Numbered from the stretch's first letter, positions 12,111 through 26,191 are shown. The stretch: DNA of 64,000 nucleotides from Pomacea canaliculata (GCF_003073045.1 NC_037594.1:13173353-13237352); one strand, 5' to 3'. Numbers and translations are program-made. The notes: generated by a model not told the origin, from the sequence alone.

Positions 12111-13902
12111 TAGGGCTGCCATACTCTGGAGGAGGTTCCCATGCATGTGTAAGAAGGTGTAGGTGTGCGCGTGTGTTGAATGTCTTGGTATGTATGTCTG
12201 CCATTATGTTGTATATATATACTCATGTTTGTATATGTGATTGAGTCTGTGAGCAAAAGAAAAATTTCTGTCTTGGACTTCCTCGGACAGACAATAAAGT
12301 TTTCTTTGATTGTGATTTGATTTTGATAGGTTTCTTGGTCTAATATACGTTTGCCTGAGAGCAGCAATAATAAAAACAAACATCACCAAGATTATATATG
12401 CCTGCACTTTTGGTAGTTGCTGCTATTTTATTTTTAAGACTGTTTAATTATTCTCTAATTTGTTTTTGGTTGGTCTGCGCATGTTGATCGTTCTCGCTTC
12501 TGTCTGTGGATCTTTAGAGTGTCACTGAATGCTGATGATCTCTCTCTGGTAATGATTAACTTGGCTATGAATTTCTATCTTCGGTGACCTAATCAGGCAG
12601 AAGTCGAATCGATTTTTGGCTGTGGTCGAATCAACCTCCTCATATGTTTACTCGATCCATCCTGTTGAACCACACACACAGGACCTCGATGTGCATACGC
12701 TTACATGACACCAATTTTAAAAAAAAACAATTAGCAATAATAATTCCTTTATTTCAACATTCTGAGAGAAAACGTGAGGATAAACTGTAAAGGCTTTTCG
12801 GTTAACACCCCTCCCCCAAATCAGCGTTCGAGAATACACAAATGAAGCTGATTAGACAATGGCAACCGAACGAAAACAACGATAACAGTGTGGTTTGCGT
12901 GCTACATCGATGGATAGTTAAGACAACAAAATGGCTTTTGAATAAAATCTTCAGCTGTCATAGAGTTGAGCTCTAGTTTTATTATTCTATCCAATGAAAA
13001 CTAAAAAATACTGTGAAATGTTTTACTGCTTTTCACTCTCATTGCAAATTACAAGAAAAACCATATAGATGTTTGTAATACTGACGATAAAGATTTTTTT
13101 CGTCTTAATAAGCATGAGCATCATGATATTGTTTCCGATTTTTTGTGAGCAGTAGGATTTTTTAACAGTAAATGCAATTAATTCATGATTAGCGCTGATA
13201 CTTATATATTTATAGCTAATTGTATTTATGCAAATTTTACAAAGGCCATTGAAGATATGATTCTAATATTTTTTTATCTTCAGTACTACAACAAGCCAAG
13301 AAAGCTTAGCACTATTGACAGGTTTGGTATACATGGCAAGCACTAAATAAACATATAAAAAGAAGCCATGAAAAATCTAAGTGACTGCATATCTGTCATT
13401 ACGTCTGCCTTCGTGTCTTCTTGTTAACTGCAAATGTCAAATGTTTCGGGAGTGAGTATGGTATACATGCCATTGGAAAGTTAACGGCTGGTAGCAGCTG
13501 GTCCACCTCGAATACATTATATCTGTCGGCGCTATTACAGTCTGGAATGTACTAGAACATGTATAAAATTTGCTTGAAAAAATTATGATGGTTTTATAGC
13601 AGCAAATTTAATTCAAACCTGTTAATATTTCGCCGTTATGTGTGAAAAAAACAGCAAGATAGTGCGCCATGAAACCAGCCGCTGCTCGGAGCTTTAGTTA
13701 GTGGAATGTTTCATGTTTCAGTTCACACTTTTTGTTCCTCTGACTCCGGCGAAAGCGTAATCGTTTGATACACAGGTGCTTCGGATAAAAGAGGGACCTG
13801 AAAGCAAGTGAACATAATGCATCAAAAGAAATGAGAGACAAAAGCTCGCACAATCTGCAGAATAAGCAAATTTTAAAATGGCTGCGGCAGTTGGCGGATG
13901 AT

Positions 13903-14107
13903 TTATGCTCCCTGCCATGCGAGCATGAACTCGTCGATGTCGATGTTGCCGTCATTATTCTTGTCCGCTTTCTTTATAAGATTTTCGAGACCTTCATCGC
14001 TCATTTTGATGCCCATTGCAATGCACTGTTGTTTGACCTCCTCCCTGCTGAGGCGACCGCTGCCGTCTTTGTCCATCTTCCTAAAGGTGTTCTCCAACTC
14101 CGCTCGC
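13903..14107 (-). CDS. Terminal coding exon of an EF-hand calcium-binding protein, two EF-hand loops (DKDGSGRLSREE, DKNNDGNIDIDE), ends WQGA*.
   Basis: Canonical 12-residue EF-hand loops DxDGSGxxxxEE and DxNxDGxIDxDE. Acceptor tatag| with 1-nt phase carry. Stop TAA at 13903-13905. Confidence 0.7.
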
Positions 14108-15649
14108 CTATATCAACATAAATACCGTGTCATTATTGGTATTTAGTGAAATAGACCAGTAATTTCTTCTTTATAGAAAAGGGCTTCGCGAAATGTCTAG
14201 TGTGAACACTAACACAAATCACATACAAATGAATTATATTGTGCAGCATCACTGCAATTACACTCATGCTGAATAAACGTATTGAGCCCGGGGGCAAGTC
14301 GAATTGACTATTTACCGACTCGACCACCCACCAGTTAATTCGATCATCAATGATAGAAGTTGCTAATTGATATTTGCATCAAACTATGTCAAAACTATAG
14401 GTCACTTAATATTCGCGGCAAGCGGGTCATGGGTGTGGTCGAAATGTCAAATCGATTGGTGGTTCTTTAGATTCAAATTAATAATATTTGCGTTATATAT
14501 GCAAGGAATAAAGAATGTATAAAAGAAATAATAGAATCAAAACAAACTTATCATTAACCTGATAGCACAGCGTCCGCTGTTTATCTTTATTTGGACAAAA
14601 ATTGTGATTAGTTTTCTTGGTCAAGACTTGAAGAGATTACCCAATGCATGGCAAAGAAAAGGAATGATCACGTACTGAATTTCCTTTGGGTCCTTCTTTA
14701 ACAACGCGGTTTTCATCTCCTGGAAGGATACTAATCGGTCTTGGTCTGTATCCAGTTCCATACAGAGGTTCTACAGACAGAAAATGTTGAGGAAAATTGA
14801 ATAACTTCTTAAATCTCATTGCAGGCGTGACTGAAGATACTCTTCTACAAACCAGTATAGAGAATGAGGAAGCCACAATTACTGCATAATAAGTAACAAA
14901 CAAAACAGCTTATATATCATGCATATTATTGAAAAGTGCGTTCAAGCTACTATGATTTTAAAATTTTAAACTACCCAACGTAAATCCTGTGTACTAGAAA
15001 GCGGCAGGCTGCGCTCGATCCATTTTATATTTTCTTCTTTTGTTAGGGTGAGGATACCCTCCGCCTTAATCGACTTAAATGAGGATCCAACATCATCATG
15101 TCTTGTTTAGTTGTTGGCTGGTTGAGTAATGCTTCTACCTAAAGGCGACCTCGGGAAGGAAAAGGATGATGATGAGGAAGGAAACCGGAGTACCTGGAGA
15201 AAACTCCCGGCAGCCCTGTGTACAGGTGTGACGTACAGAAAGTGTCTCCAGACGAAGGTTTTGGTTCTTACTACAGTGACAACAAGCTAGTGCTGTACTA
15301 CTGGCTCCACTGATTTCTTTCAGCAGGCCTCGCCCTTACCTGGCGACCCAAGACAACTCACACTTCAAAGTCACAAGAATCAATTCAATGCCGGGCAAAT
15401 GTTAACTACAAATAATGAACAAAAAAGCTTAATGGCTTAGGAGTATTGATAGGATACATGTTAGTTTTCTTTAAAAAGAAATTAAAATTTCGGAACACTT
15501 AAGTGAATTAAGTCGTTCATAATATTTATACCTATATCGTTGTCTTGTGACAAAATTATAATCTAAGTTGTAAATGACTGATCAGTCAAAAATTTGTGAG
15601 GTCCTGTGTAGGGTGAGTCTCTTTATTTGGCATCCCCATACACTAGAGC

Positions 15650-15820
15650 AGACCTGGGCAAACGCCGGCCCGCGGGCCGGATCCGGCCCGCCCGCTGGCC
15701 CGCCCGCCAGTATATATATACAGTATTGGGCAAAACTGAGTTAACTATATTAGTCCGGCCCTCTAAAACCATCCCAATTTCTCATGCGGCCCCTTGGGAA
15801 AATTAATTGCCCACCCCTGC
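15650..15820 (+). mobile_element. 171-bp non-autonomous element flanked by a perfect 8-bp target-site duplication ACTAGAGC (hAT-like TSD size), copy A.
   Basis: Direct repeat actagagc at 15642-15649 and 15821-15828. Element agacctgggcaaacgcc…cccacccctgc recurs inverted at 57476-57653. Confidence 0.6.
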
Positions 15821-18084
15821 ACTAGAGCCTCGATATTACACTGACTGTTGCTTCTTGCCTTGTGGCTGTCAATAATGTTTAGTGCCCAGATGTCCTAACC
15901 TGTAGCTTTCTCTTTTTACATTTTTCTACCTATATAAATATCTATAAACATACAGACGCCTATCTTTGGCTTGCGGATAGAAGTGGTCAAACCTTATTTG
16001 TCTTTGAGTCAGTTTGTGTCACTTCTGTAGAGCAGAAAGTTTGAAGTGAACCTTAATATTCGTTTTTGTCGAAGTCGTCCCCCATCTGCAGTGTGTAAGC
16101 AAAGTCAATATATATACACATATAATTATATACTATCAAAGTCAACGCATATCGACTTCTTAACTTTAACTTTCGCATACACTTTTGACACCCATCATGA
16201 ACAGTGCAAGGTACATTTCTTGCTGTTATTTTAGGTTGTTTGTTTTTGTTTTTTAAGGAGGCGCGTGTAGGACTTGCACATTAGTCAGAGCATACCGTGA
16301 ACAACGGCCTGTTTACGAGTATGTCGGGGTCGGTCTGCTCTTGACCGTAAATAAACATCACAAAAAAGGAAAGTCCCAGGTGACAGGACAGTGGGGAGGG
16401 GGAAACGAGCAAAAGGCGCAAAAGAACACGAAGCAAGGGGTGAATGTCAGAGGCAGGCACCACGTGACTGGTCCTCAGTAAACATCGGGCTGTTTATTTG
16501 AACAAGCTTGTGGCTCAAGAGCACAGACTATAATAGCTCAGATACAATGCCTTTGTCTAACAGTATAGAGATCATGCAAACTTAATCGGATCAAATGCGT
16601 TGTAGGACCTCGAGTTTTTCGTTTCTTCACCATGAAGGGAAGATTGGTGACAAGGCATCTTGGAAGGTTGCGTTCAGTCTTCCCCTCCACCTCACCTCCA
16701 GTCATCCCCGAAAGGAATGTCGCAGCGCAGGAAAATTCAGACATTTTGGTGATGAAAGTACGATGTATGCTGAAAGACCGGCACCGCTTCATGAAAAGGG
16801 TCTGTTCAACGACGAGAAAGGCATAGTCAATTAAGATAGCTGAAGAGGCTAAAGACCCTATTCATGTCAACAATTCAAAAGTAGTTTGATCTTATGTGAA
16901 AGCAAAGGAATTGAAAAAAGCTGGGGAAGGGGGTTAATGGACCGATGGGTACGTTTGCAGGAATCTACATCACGTTCTCCGAGATATGAACCTGTTGTGT
17001 CCACAGGTGTCTGGCTCAGCAATTAGTCCCGGGAAAGCAAAATAAAGTGAAGATTTAGCAACCTGTCTATTTAATATCATTCAGTTTAGACTCTTCTCCC
17101 ACCTGTACTTCCACCCACGTGCAGGTGCACCTACGGCCGCACATAGCACGTGTAATGTGCATGAATATTATACATCACGCGGCGAGTATCATGGCTGGCC
17201 TAATAATCATTGTTTGCATTGTTTGTTCTGTATGGAGGAACCCATGGCTACGCAGCTGGCACAGGACCAGGCCCGTCAATCGATGTCTGCTGGTCAAGGG
17301 TATCTGGCAGCCCCGCCAATATTATACATCGATGGCTATTTTTATTGCATGTATTATCAGCGGGTGTGAGATGAGACAGAGATGTGCATTCGGTCATTTT
17401 AACCATTCCAGATAGCAGTTTTGCTGCAACCAGATGACATTAAAGGTCTCTCTCTCACACACACTGAAACTGTGATTATCCAACATTAGCTGGTTCTTTT
17501 TATTTACTTTGTTTGCTTATTAACATTTCCTTTAACTATGGTGTGTATTCCTCTGGCAATTACTTTTCAAGAAAATCCAAAAGAGCGTTCTAATAGTTGG
17601 ACCTTAGTTTGCTTTTTATGTTCGTGTTGTACCGCACTCTCTGCCTTCCATTCCGTTTTTCACAGATGTCAGTCTCTTTCCGTTTCGTCAGGGGTTTATG
17701 GATGCACGATTTTTTTTTTTTTTTTTGGCTCGTGTTTTGGGTCGACAGCTTCAACCCATTATTCAGCTCATACATTTTTAAATAAAGAAGAACCTGCCAT
17801 GCGAAACAAGAGTAATTGGTGTAGAATGTTGTGCACAGAGGCAGTATATACCCAGACAGCATTTAAACATTTTATAAACGTTTACGTCGAGAACCCTTTG
17901 TAAGCGTTTATAAAATGTTTAAATGCTATTATTTCGTAACCAAAAGTTACTTTATCATCTCAGATAAATGTGCTTAAAGCCAACAGATCAACTTGAAGAA
18001 ATCTTCTTTGATCAAAATTTTATTTTATTTTAACATTTAATTTTGTATTTTCATCTTTATGAGAGGATTTTATAAAATTATATA

Positions 18085-18881
18085 CAGTGATACCTCGGTT
18101 CTCGAACGCCTTGGTTTTCGACCAAATCGTATTCGACCAGGAAATTCGAGAAATTTTGTCTTGGAATCCGAACAAATATTTGAACATCGAAACGAAGTCC
18201 GAGATGAGCCGAGTTGAGCCGAATGGCGTTCATTCAGCCAGAGATCTGTAGGGACCTACAGATCTCTGATTCAGCCCAGCGCGCCTTGCTTGCGTCATCA
18301 GTGTGAGTGCAGAGAGAGAGAGTCACGTTTTTGTGGAGAGAGTCATGAAATGGGCAGAAATCGCAAATTTTTGAACAACATCACCCTGATAAAGTGGTAG
18401 CAAATAGAGCAGTTAACATTTTTAATGACAAAAGCAAAAATTTTTTGACAAATCATTCTCCTCAGCAAAAGATACAGAGAACAGAAACACTCGAAGAGCG
18501 TTACCCTCTGTTTTTATTGAAGAGGGACTCCCCTTCAATACATAACCATCCCCTTCCCTCCTCCCTCCACATTCATTCCCTCCTGCCATAAAACTTTGGT
18601 ACAGGTACAGTAAATGAAACAAATTTACTGTACTGTACAGTACATTTTATTTATTTTTTTTGTTTTAATAAATACACTTTTATTTCTTATTTCTTGTTGA
18701 GACTCATGTTTTTCTACATATTATATACAAATTAGGGCCAGTAAATAGCATTTTCTGGGCTTGGAACGAATTAATCCAGTTTCCATTATTTTCCTATGGG
18801 TTCATTGCTTCGGTTCTCGAACAATTTGGTTCTCGACCGTCCTCCCGGAACGAATTATGTTCGAGAACCGAGGTATCACTG
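18085..18881. mobile_element. pogo/Tigger-like (Tc1/mariner superfamily) non-autonomous element, 797 bp, TIR CAGTGATACCTCGGTTCTCGAAC, TA target-site duplication.
   Basis: ta|cagtgatacctcggttctcgaac … gttcgagaaccgaggtatcactg|ta. Subterminal repeats ttctcgaac / ggttctcgacc. Pattern like Tigger1 CAGTCGTCCCTCGGTATCCG. Confidence 0.7.
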
Positions 18882-21800
18882 TATTTCTGTTACATGAAGC
18901 GGAGCAAGGTTTGAGTCCACTTACAGACTACCCCCACCCCTTTCCACAAACATACCACCTCCTCTGCCAACACTCTGGCATCCACTGGTGAAGTGAGATG
19001 TGAAATGTCCTCGTTACCTCTCGCGGGAACGGATGGGTGGGTGGTTTGTGAGTGAGGGAAGGACCCGCAAGCGTGGGCTGTCTGACGGCAAAGTGGATCA
19101 AATTTTCAGCCTTACTTGAAAGGAGAGAGTGAGAGTGCCTCACGTGTTGTCAACCTATCAGCCTGTCCACCCACCAACCTCAACCCGTCGCCCACAAATA
19201 ACTCACCTGCGCATGCGCGAAAAGATAGAAAGTGATTTAAATTTCTCCATACTTTTGTTTTCTTTTTTATGCTTGTTCTTTTTTCATACCATAAACAGTA
19301 ATGCCTCGCGTCAGTTGCTTATGAATGCTAGTAAAAGTGTTTATATGACATTCGACAGGCGGTCTTAATTTGCGATCCTTTGAACAGCATTAAGCTTTCA
19401 ACGCTGTAACCTTGTGCTGGGTCATCCTGTGACCTCCCTGGCTCCCAGAAACGTCAGCCTTCGTGTTTCGAAAGCCCTCCTGTCAGCTCGTTCACAGGCT
19501 TATTTGAACGTCAGAAAGGGCAAAAAAAAAAACACAAACCTACAAAGTGTTCAAGTACACCTGACACAGCAGCAATCGTCATGTATAGTCACTGCCGGTT
19601 ACACACGGTTGAACGATTCCCAGGCTTAGAAACCCAGACCCCTCCTTTCGCTCCCCCCCCCCACCGCAGTCCCCTCACTCTTCCTTGTGGGCAGACTGTC
19701 ACTGCTGCACCGTGCATTGGTGGCCTACATTTGAAGATGTTTGAACTAAGCGCATGAATCACCACTTGACTACTTTTAAAAAAAAATATCGCACAGGCTT
19801 TAATATCCAACAGACATGCCTCGCTGACTTCAGTACGTCACAGTTGCTATCAGGGATGTCTGCGTGTGGGAAGGGGTGAGGGGGAAGGTGGCATAAGAGA
19901 AGAGTGGGGCAGTCGAAAAAAGAGAAAAGAAAAGGTGGATCCTGTCCTGGTTTTGCTCTCAAAACACTGTCACACGTCTGAGCCACTATACACACCCACA
20001 CCGAAGTTTCTTCGTTCACTCCCACACATCACCTGCACAGGACTGGCCTTTCATAAGCAAATTCATAGACAGCTCTTCATCTTGCACAGCGACTGGTGTG
20101 TATGTGTGTTGGTGTGTGCGCCTGTGTATGAATGTGAGTGCGTGCGTGTACGCAAGTGTGCTGGTGTACCTTTGATGATGTACACGTAGGAGTGGGATGG
20201 GAGAAAAAGGGGTGGAGAGGGAGAGTGAAAACGAGGGTGAGGTAAATAGGAAGAGATAGAGTTGCTGTATTAAACCAACAGGCAACGGGATGACCTCTGC
20301 TCCACTCTGTAAGCAAAGGCTGAACCTGGCTAAAAAAGTTGAACAGCCTGCTGCGACACAAGCGCCAAGCACCGGCGACAGCTCGCTACCCACGCTCGCG
20401 TTCACTCCTCTTTCTGATATCGTTCAAAAAACCCGACATTTTTCAAAGCCATCTTATTTGAATGGCAACTGCACATGCAGTTAGTTTGCTCCGATCGTTG
20501 AAAAAAATGCCTGGCAGACTCGTTTGGACAGTTTGAACCAGTCTAATATACATAAAGAGTGGAGGACGGTGGGGAGGAAAAAAAAAAGCTGGGAAAAAAA
20601 TTTGCAAAAAGCGTAGATACATGCAGCCCCTGGATGGCGCAGCTGCCGCGACAAGGTCCGGCCAAACCCTCCAATAACTAAACTTGGGCCTGGAAAACAA
20701 TGACACCAAATGTGATCATATATTGCAGTCGATAAGCCTATATTACAGTCAACTAGTAAGCTACTGGGAGGCCAGTCAGAGTGCTCGAGCCTCCAAACAT
20801 TGAAGATTTCATCCACCATAGTGAAAGTCCTGTGAAGTCAACCCCGACCTTGAATGTAATTTATGGGTCCTGAGCACTCGAGATGTTTGTAAAGGCGGGC
20901 GACCCACGATGTGGAACGCTTTTTGTAAGTTGTTTACGGAGATCGGATCTCCCAAAACTGAGTGTAGGAGAGGTGGTGGGCTTGTACTTGAGCTGTGCAT
21001 AGCCTCCAACAGTACAGACAGCAAGGAAGGGTCGATGGAGGGAGGCCTGCCTGTGGTGAAGTCGTTCGAGACAGACAACAAAGTGCGATGCAGCACCGCT
21101 AGAACAAGGCTATAAAAACAAACGGGAGGGGGAAAGGTACGGGGAGGACTATGACAAAAGACGCAAATAGACACTAAGTAAAGTTGTCATAACCTTTACG
21201 AGAGACAGCAATGTGCAAGCCTTCCTACTGTGATAGGGACTTCATAAATCATCGTGACATTCCGACCCAGAATGGTTACATGGAAGAATGTCTCTCAGTT
21301 TGTGTGTGGGGGTGTGGTTGGTCCGTTGGAGGAAGACGGGAAGGACCTGCTGCAAGGCGCAATGTCTGCCAGAAGGGGGCACTGAGTGTCCTTCACAAAA
21401 CCAGGAATCGCCTAATCGTGCGACAACCCAACGCAGCCACCACCACCATTAGAAACACCACCTTCAACCTGCCGTTCCCTCAGTTGCTGGTTTATCTCGC
21501 CCTCTCTCTGCTTTCAACAGCGTATTACACGAAAGGAAGTACGCGAGGGCACAATTATACATGCAGGCACGCACACAAAACACAAATTCGTGCTACAATT
21601 ATGACATTACATATCTCGGTAATTTGCAAAGGATAGATTGATCCTTATGGTTAATGCAGCGGGCATAGTCATCTCTTGCCTGCAGAAATCGACTGCTGGA
21701 GACTAGTGTCTACTGAAAGCTACTCCAGCAGTAACCTGTGGATGTCGACCCTGAGATGAAGTTTAGTCTACAGTAAGTGGCTTCTATTCTACGAGCGCCG

Positions 21801-23020
21801 TCTGCCAGAGTCTGGCATTATTGATTAAGGCGCGTGACAGGAATGGTCGAAGTTTGTGTTATATCTGCTGTGTACCATGGTTTCCACAATACTTTAACCC
21901 ATGAACATAAGCATAAGAATGGAAGCAGGCCAGCGAGAACACACACACACACAAACATGCACGTGCGCGTACACACACACACACTTGCTGATGAAGATCG
22001 ATTACATAGTGAGCAATAGCCATCGCAAACTGACTAGCAACCGTAGGCGTGAATTATCCCTGCTATGCCCCACAGCTCTCTACATTCTTTCTAGGTGTAG
22101 TCATCACTCCCGCTCATTTCAGCTGCCAGGCTGGCGTCACGCATGATCGCGGCAAATATTACTGTAAGAGTAACAGATGTCACCAACTCCACCTAGCATT
22201 GTTCTCATCCACCAGCTACGGTGTCGACAGCTTTCAAATACCTGAAAAATAATGTTATCCCTAAACGTACTGTCACCACCGCAAAACCCGTATAGTCACA
22301 ACGCTTACACCACCTTTAAAGACTGCAAATGTAAAGATCATAATAAGTGAAAAGCGCATTATGCATGTCGATAGAAAGACTATATACATATAGGAGCTGA
22401 CCGCCTTAATTTGTCTTGGACTGCACCATGACTTCACAGGCGAGCTAACGATGTGGTATGCGGGACCGGCGACTGCGGGTGTGGCACAACAAACACCCGC
22501 TTCATCCTAACAGTCATCACCATTGCAAAGGACTTTCGAAATCTGTACCAGATTGTTATTGGAAAAAACATGGGAATATGACGACAGCAAAGATAAACAA
22601 AGATGTAAGATCATCATCGTCATGAATGAAAAACAATATATATACATATATATCTGCAATGTGTTATTTTTTAATATTACATGAGAATGCATGAATTAGA
22701 TATATTCTATGTGCATACTTGTATACATTAATCTGTTTCCTAAGCATTATACCAGTCAAAACGTCTAGCTAACTGTTCACGACACTGTAAAAGCTAACGA
22801 AATCGGGTGTTGAATGACTGCTCCTAAAGCTATTCAAACACCGAACCACGCCCACCATGTCCAATGAGTATTAGAATCCAGAGAAATAACACACACGCAG
22901 GCACACGCAATGTCATCAGTATTCGCAATAAATAAATGGTGCAACTACTATGTTTTAAACTAGAGGCAGGAAGAGACAAAGAGTGATAAGATTTTAAGTA
23001 CCATACGAGAGTGAACTTAC

Positions 23021-23170
23021 TATGACAAACTTGTCGTCTACGTTTGCGCCCAGTTCGTTCATCATTATTTTCATCTCGAAGGGAGTCAGATTTCCATCCC
23101 CACTCTTATCTGAGGCTTTAAAAGCATGCTCCAACTTTTCCAAGAAGTTTTGGGTTGCCTTCGAACACAT
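23021..23170 (-). CDS. First coding exon of an EF-hand protein (MCSKATQNFLEKLEHAFKASDKSGDGNLTPFEMKIMMNELGANVDDKFVI), one EF-hand loop.
   Basis: ATG at 23170 on the minus strand, EF-hand loop DKSGDGNLTPFE, consensus donor ATA|gtaagt. GC-rich promoter-like sequence upstream at 23200-23650. Confidence 0.6.
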
Positions 23171-26100
23171 GCTGGCTGCACTGGATGCGTAGGGGGGTTT
23201 GACTGCGAGAGATAGACGTGGGAACAGCACACAGCGTGTAACTGAGGTGAGCTCGGGGCGAGGTAATGACGACTGGAGAGAGGAACAGGCGGGCGACCAC
23301 CGCGCGGTGGCTGTTGGGTCGGCGTGGTGTGGTGTAGTTGTGGTGCTGTGTGCGACGTCGGGCCTGTTTGACGATCAGAATGAGGCAGGCTGGCTGAAAG
23401 CTTCCCCCCGCCCACACACACATACCCTCTCAACAAGGTGTTTTGACAATGTTAATAAAGTTACAGGTAAAATAGGGTGTAGACTGACGTGACAGAAAGT
23501 TGGTGGTGTGTGTGTGGTAGCAGTCTAAGCTGTTGGTTGCTGCAATTTTAGGCGTCGGCACTTATGCAGAGGCGTAGGAAGGGGGGGGGGCAAGGGGGGC
23601 AACCGCCCCCTCAAGAAGATGTTGAGGAGGCAATGAGAATGTGAACCTTTACGTTAGCATGGAGTCCACACCACCACACACACATCTTCCATATTTCATC
23701 AGACTGCAAATCTTTATTTTCGGCCTACATTCAGTCCCTATGGCAACGCCACTGGAACACTCTGGGCCAAAACAAGTTATATGCCACCCTTCCCTGCCTT
23801 TCCGACCGCCTACCTTCTTGCCGCTCTACGAGACGGGAGGATGTAGGACACACCTATGCCAAGCAAGGACACCTCGTAAGGTGAACCGCCACCTGTTTGT
23901 CCCTGGTGTAGGGAAAATTTTAATGTTCTACACTTTTTGATTATCTGTCCGAAGCTTCAGACTATTCGTTGTCAATTTTTTACAGAAAAATCTTTATTTT
24001 CCTTATTTAGGTACATCGCATCGGCGGCAATCTTTTCCTTTTTAAAGAGGATAGGGCTCTACCATCAAATTAAATTTTTTTATATCCTGATAGGTCTGTT
24101 TTGTTTTTGGTGTGATAGTAACCTTTTTGGGCTTCAACACCCCTTTCAATGCTTTCCCACCTTTTTTACATTTTGGTTACTTATTATGTTGGCCTTCAAA
24201 AATATATCATGTTTATAAGAATTAGGAAGTTTTTATTCCAAAACCTTTAAAGCTACAACTACTTTTTGTCGTGATATAGCCATAGTTGCTAGCACGGCAT
24301 AAAACACAAACAAACAACAAACACATCTTCCAAAAGGCAAGCATCTTCCTATACTTCCAATGTTATTCCCCACTCCAGATCCATTTGTTTTTTAATGGTG
24401 GGAAAGGGAGTTGGAGGCGGGCAAAGGAAGGTAGCTGCCCCCGAGGGCCGCAGAGAGGCGGTTTACAAATAATCCTTTTTTAGACTGCTTTATGTAGATA
24501 AAATGTTTATTATAACATTTCTGTTCTGTCACGATTCCAAGACAACTCACAGCGGAGAATCTGAACAGCCTTGAACAGACCTCTGCTACAACTTTACTCC
24601 TCGAGAACCCGGCACGAAAGACCACGAGTCTTGACCGATCACAATACTAAATCCTCATCTGCGAGGATCATCCTCTTTCGCGATTGGAACATTTTTTTGA
24701 ACATTTTTTGAACATTCAAATGTTCAAATGTTCTTTCGCGATTGGTCAAACGTACTTCAGTCTTACCTTCAACCATTCTGCTACCTAGCTACAACCAATC
24801 ACTCCGTAGCTAACACTTGATGGACAGGTGGTCCCTCTGACATATTCCAGCCCAAACTATACCCCCTCTTTACCCCCTCTTTAACACCTCTCACTAGTAA
24901 CGCAATCTGCGACTACGGCGCCATCCTGTCTGGCTTCCTCTTCATTACCTGTGTCCTGTGGGTGGCAATAACAGGTAGCGCTGTTATCCTGTTTCAGGTG
25001 TGCAGCGGACTTCTATAATGAACGGGCGTAGGGTGACCGATGCTCTCCCCTTCTCTGAGAGATCCCTTGCAACGACACCTACCACTCGCATTCCAACCTG
25101 ACCTTGATCTATGTCCGTCATGACATAAATGGTCCGCGGTTCACAGGTCTACTGATTCCAGGGGAGATAAACGGGGTGAGACTTCTTGGCCTTTTGTCAA
25201 CCCGACGGTCCAGAGGCCGACTACTTCGTCTCGACATACCTCACCGCAAATACGTCCCCACCCGTTTCACCTTCTGACAGTCTGCTTACCAGCGCGTCCG
25301 CCTGTTTCGTGGAGGGAACAGAAGTGAGACACCAACACTATAGCCCTATACTAGTTATCACACGACACAGCCTCCATATATCATTTGTGACTATTGTTGA
25401 TATGGTGCTCTAGAAAATAAAAACTAAAAGCACACTAGTAATCAGTCTTCTGTGATATTCTTTTCTGCGGCAGCTTCTAGTAGTGTTCGATCATAAAAGC
25501 ACCGGATCAAAACAATATGTGAATCACCTCTGGATTTGTGACTAATTCTGAATGATGACACAGTTTGAATACACAGCCCATCCACCAGATGGTAGAAACC
25601 GATATCGTTGTCAGCCGATTATTTTCGCAGCTAACACGGACATGATCCAGCTGCCTCCCTTTGATGTCCATTTTTTTCAAGACGCTAACACTGCTCTTCG
25701 CTTCCAGTACTGTAGGCGGTCGATCGTTTACTATCCATATATCTACAAATATTGGAATTATACTCTTAGACTTAAGTATATTTTCTTAACTGCGAATATA
25801 GATGATGAATCTGCGACAGTTTTTCCTATGCGTAAGTGCGGAATGTCTTCCGACTTCAGGACAGGGGAGTAAAAAGTGATGCTGACGGGTACCTGCATCC
25901 TAGGTACAACATAATGCTGCAACGATTACTAAACACCAGCTGTAAATGCATCCGGTATCCTCTACTACAGAAAACCGAACGAGTAGAATTTTACTCTTTC
26001 GAAACGAATAATGCTCGTTTGAAGCGATGATGGGATCCCATTTTAAGTTTCCACGGGCAATAAAAATTATTGAGTCCTAAATTTTTAAAAAGAGAAAAAT

Positions 26101-26191
26101 AACTTTTTTGATATGAAAAAATTTAAACGATTTAAACGATTGTTCATTGCTTTTTGCTGCTAATATGTTGAAGTCTGAAATATATGATATA

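Noticed and set aside
14675-14765. Minus-strand exon-like segment (EPLYGTGYRPRPISILPGDENRVVKEGPKGNS) with acceptor and donor.
   Set aside because: It is not EF-hand-like and its phase does not link the two EF-hand exons. It may belong to another transcript, which is not enough evidence for a feature call.
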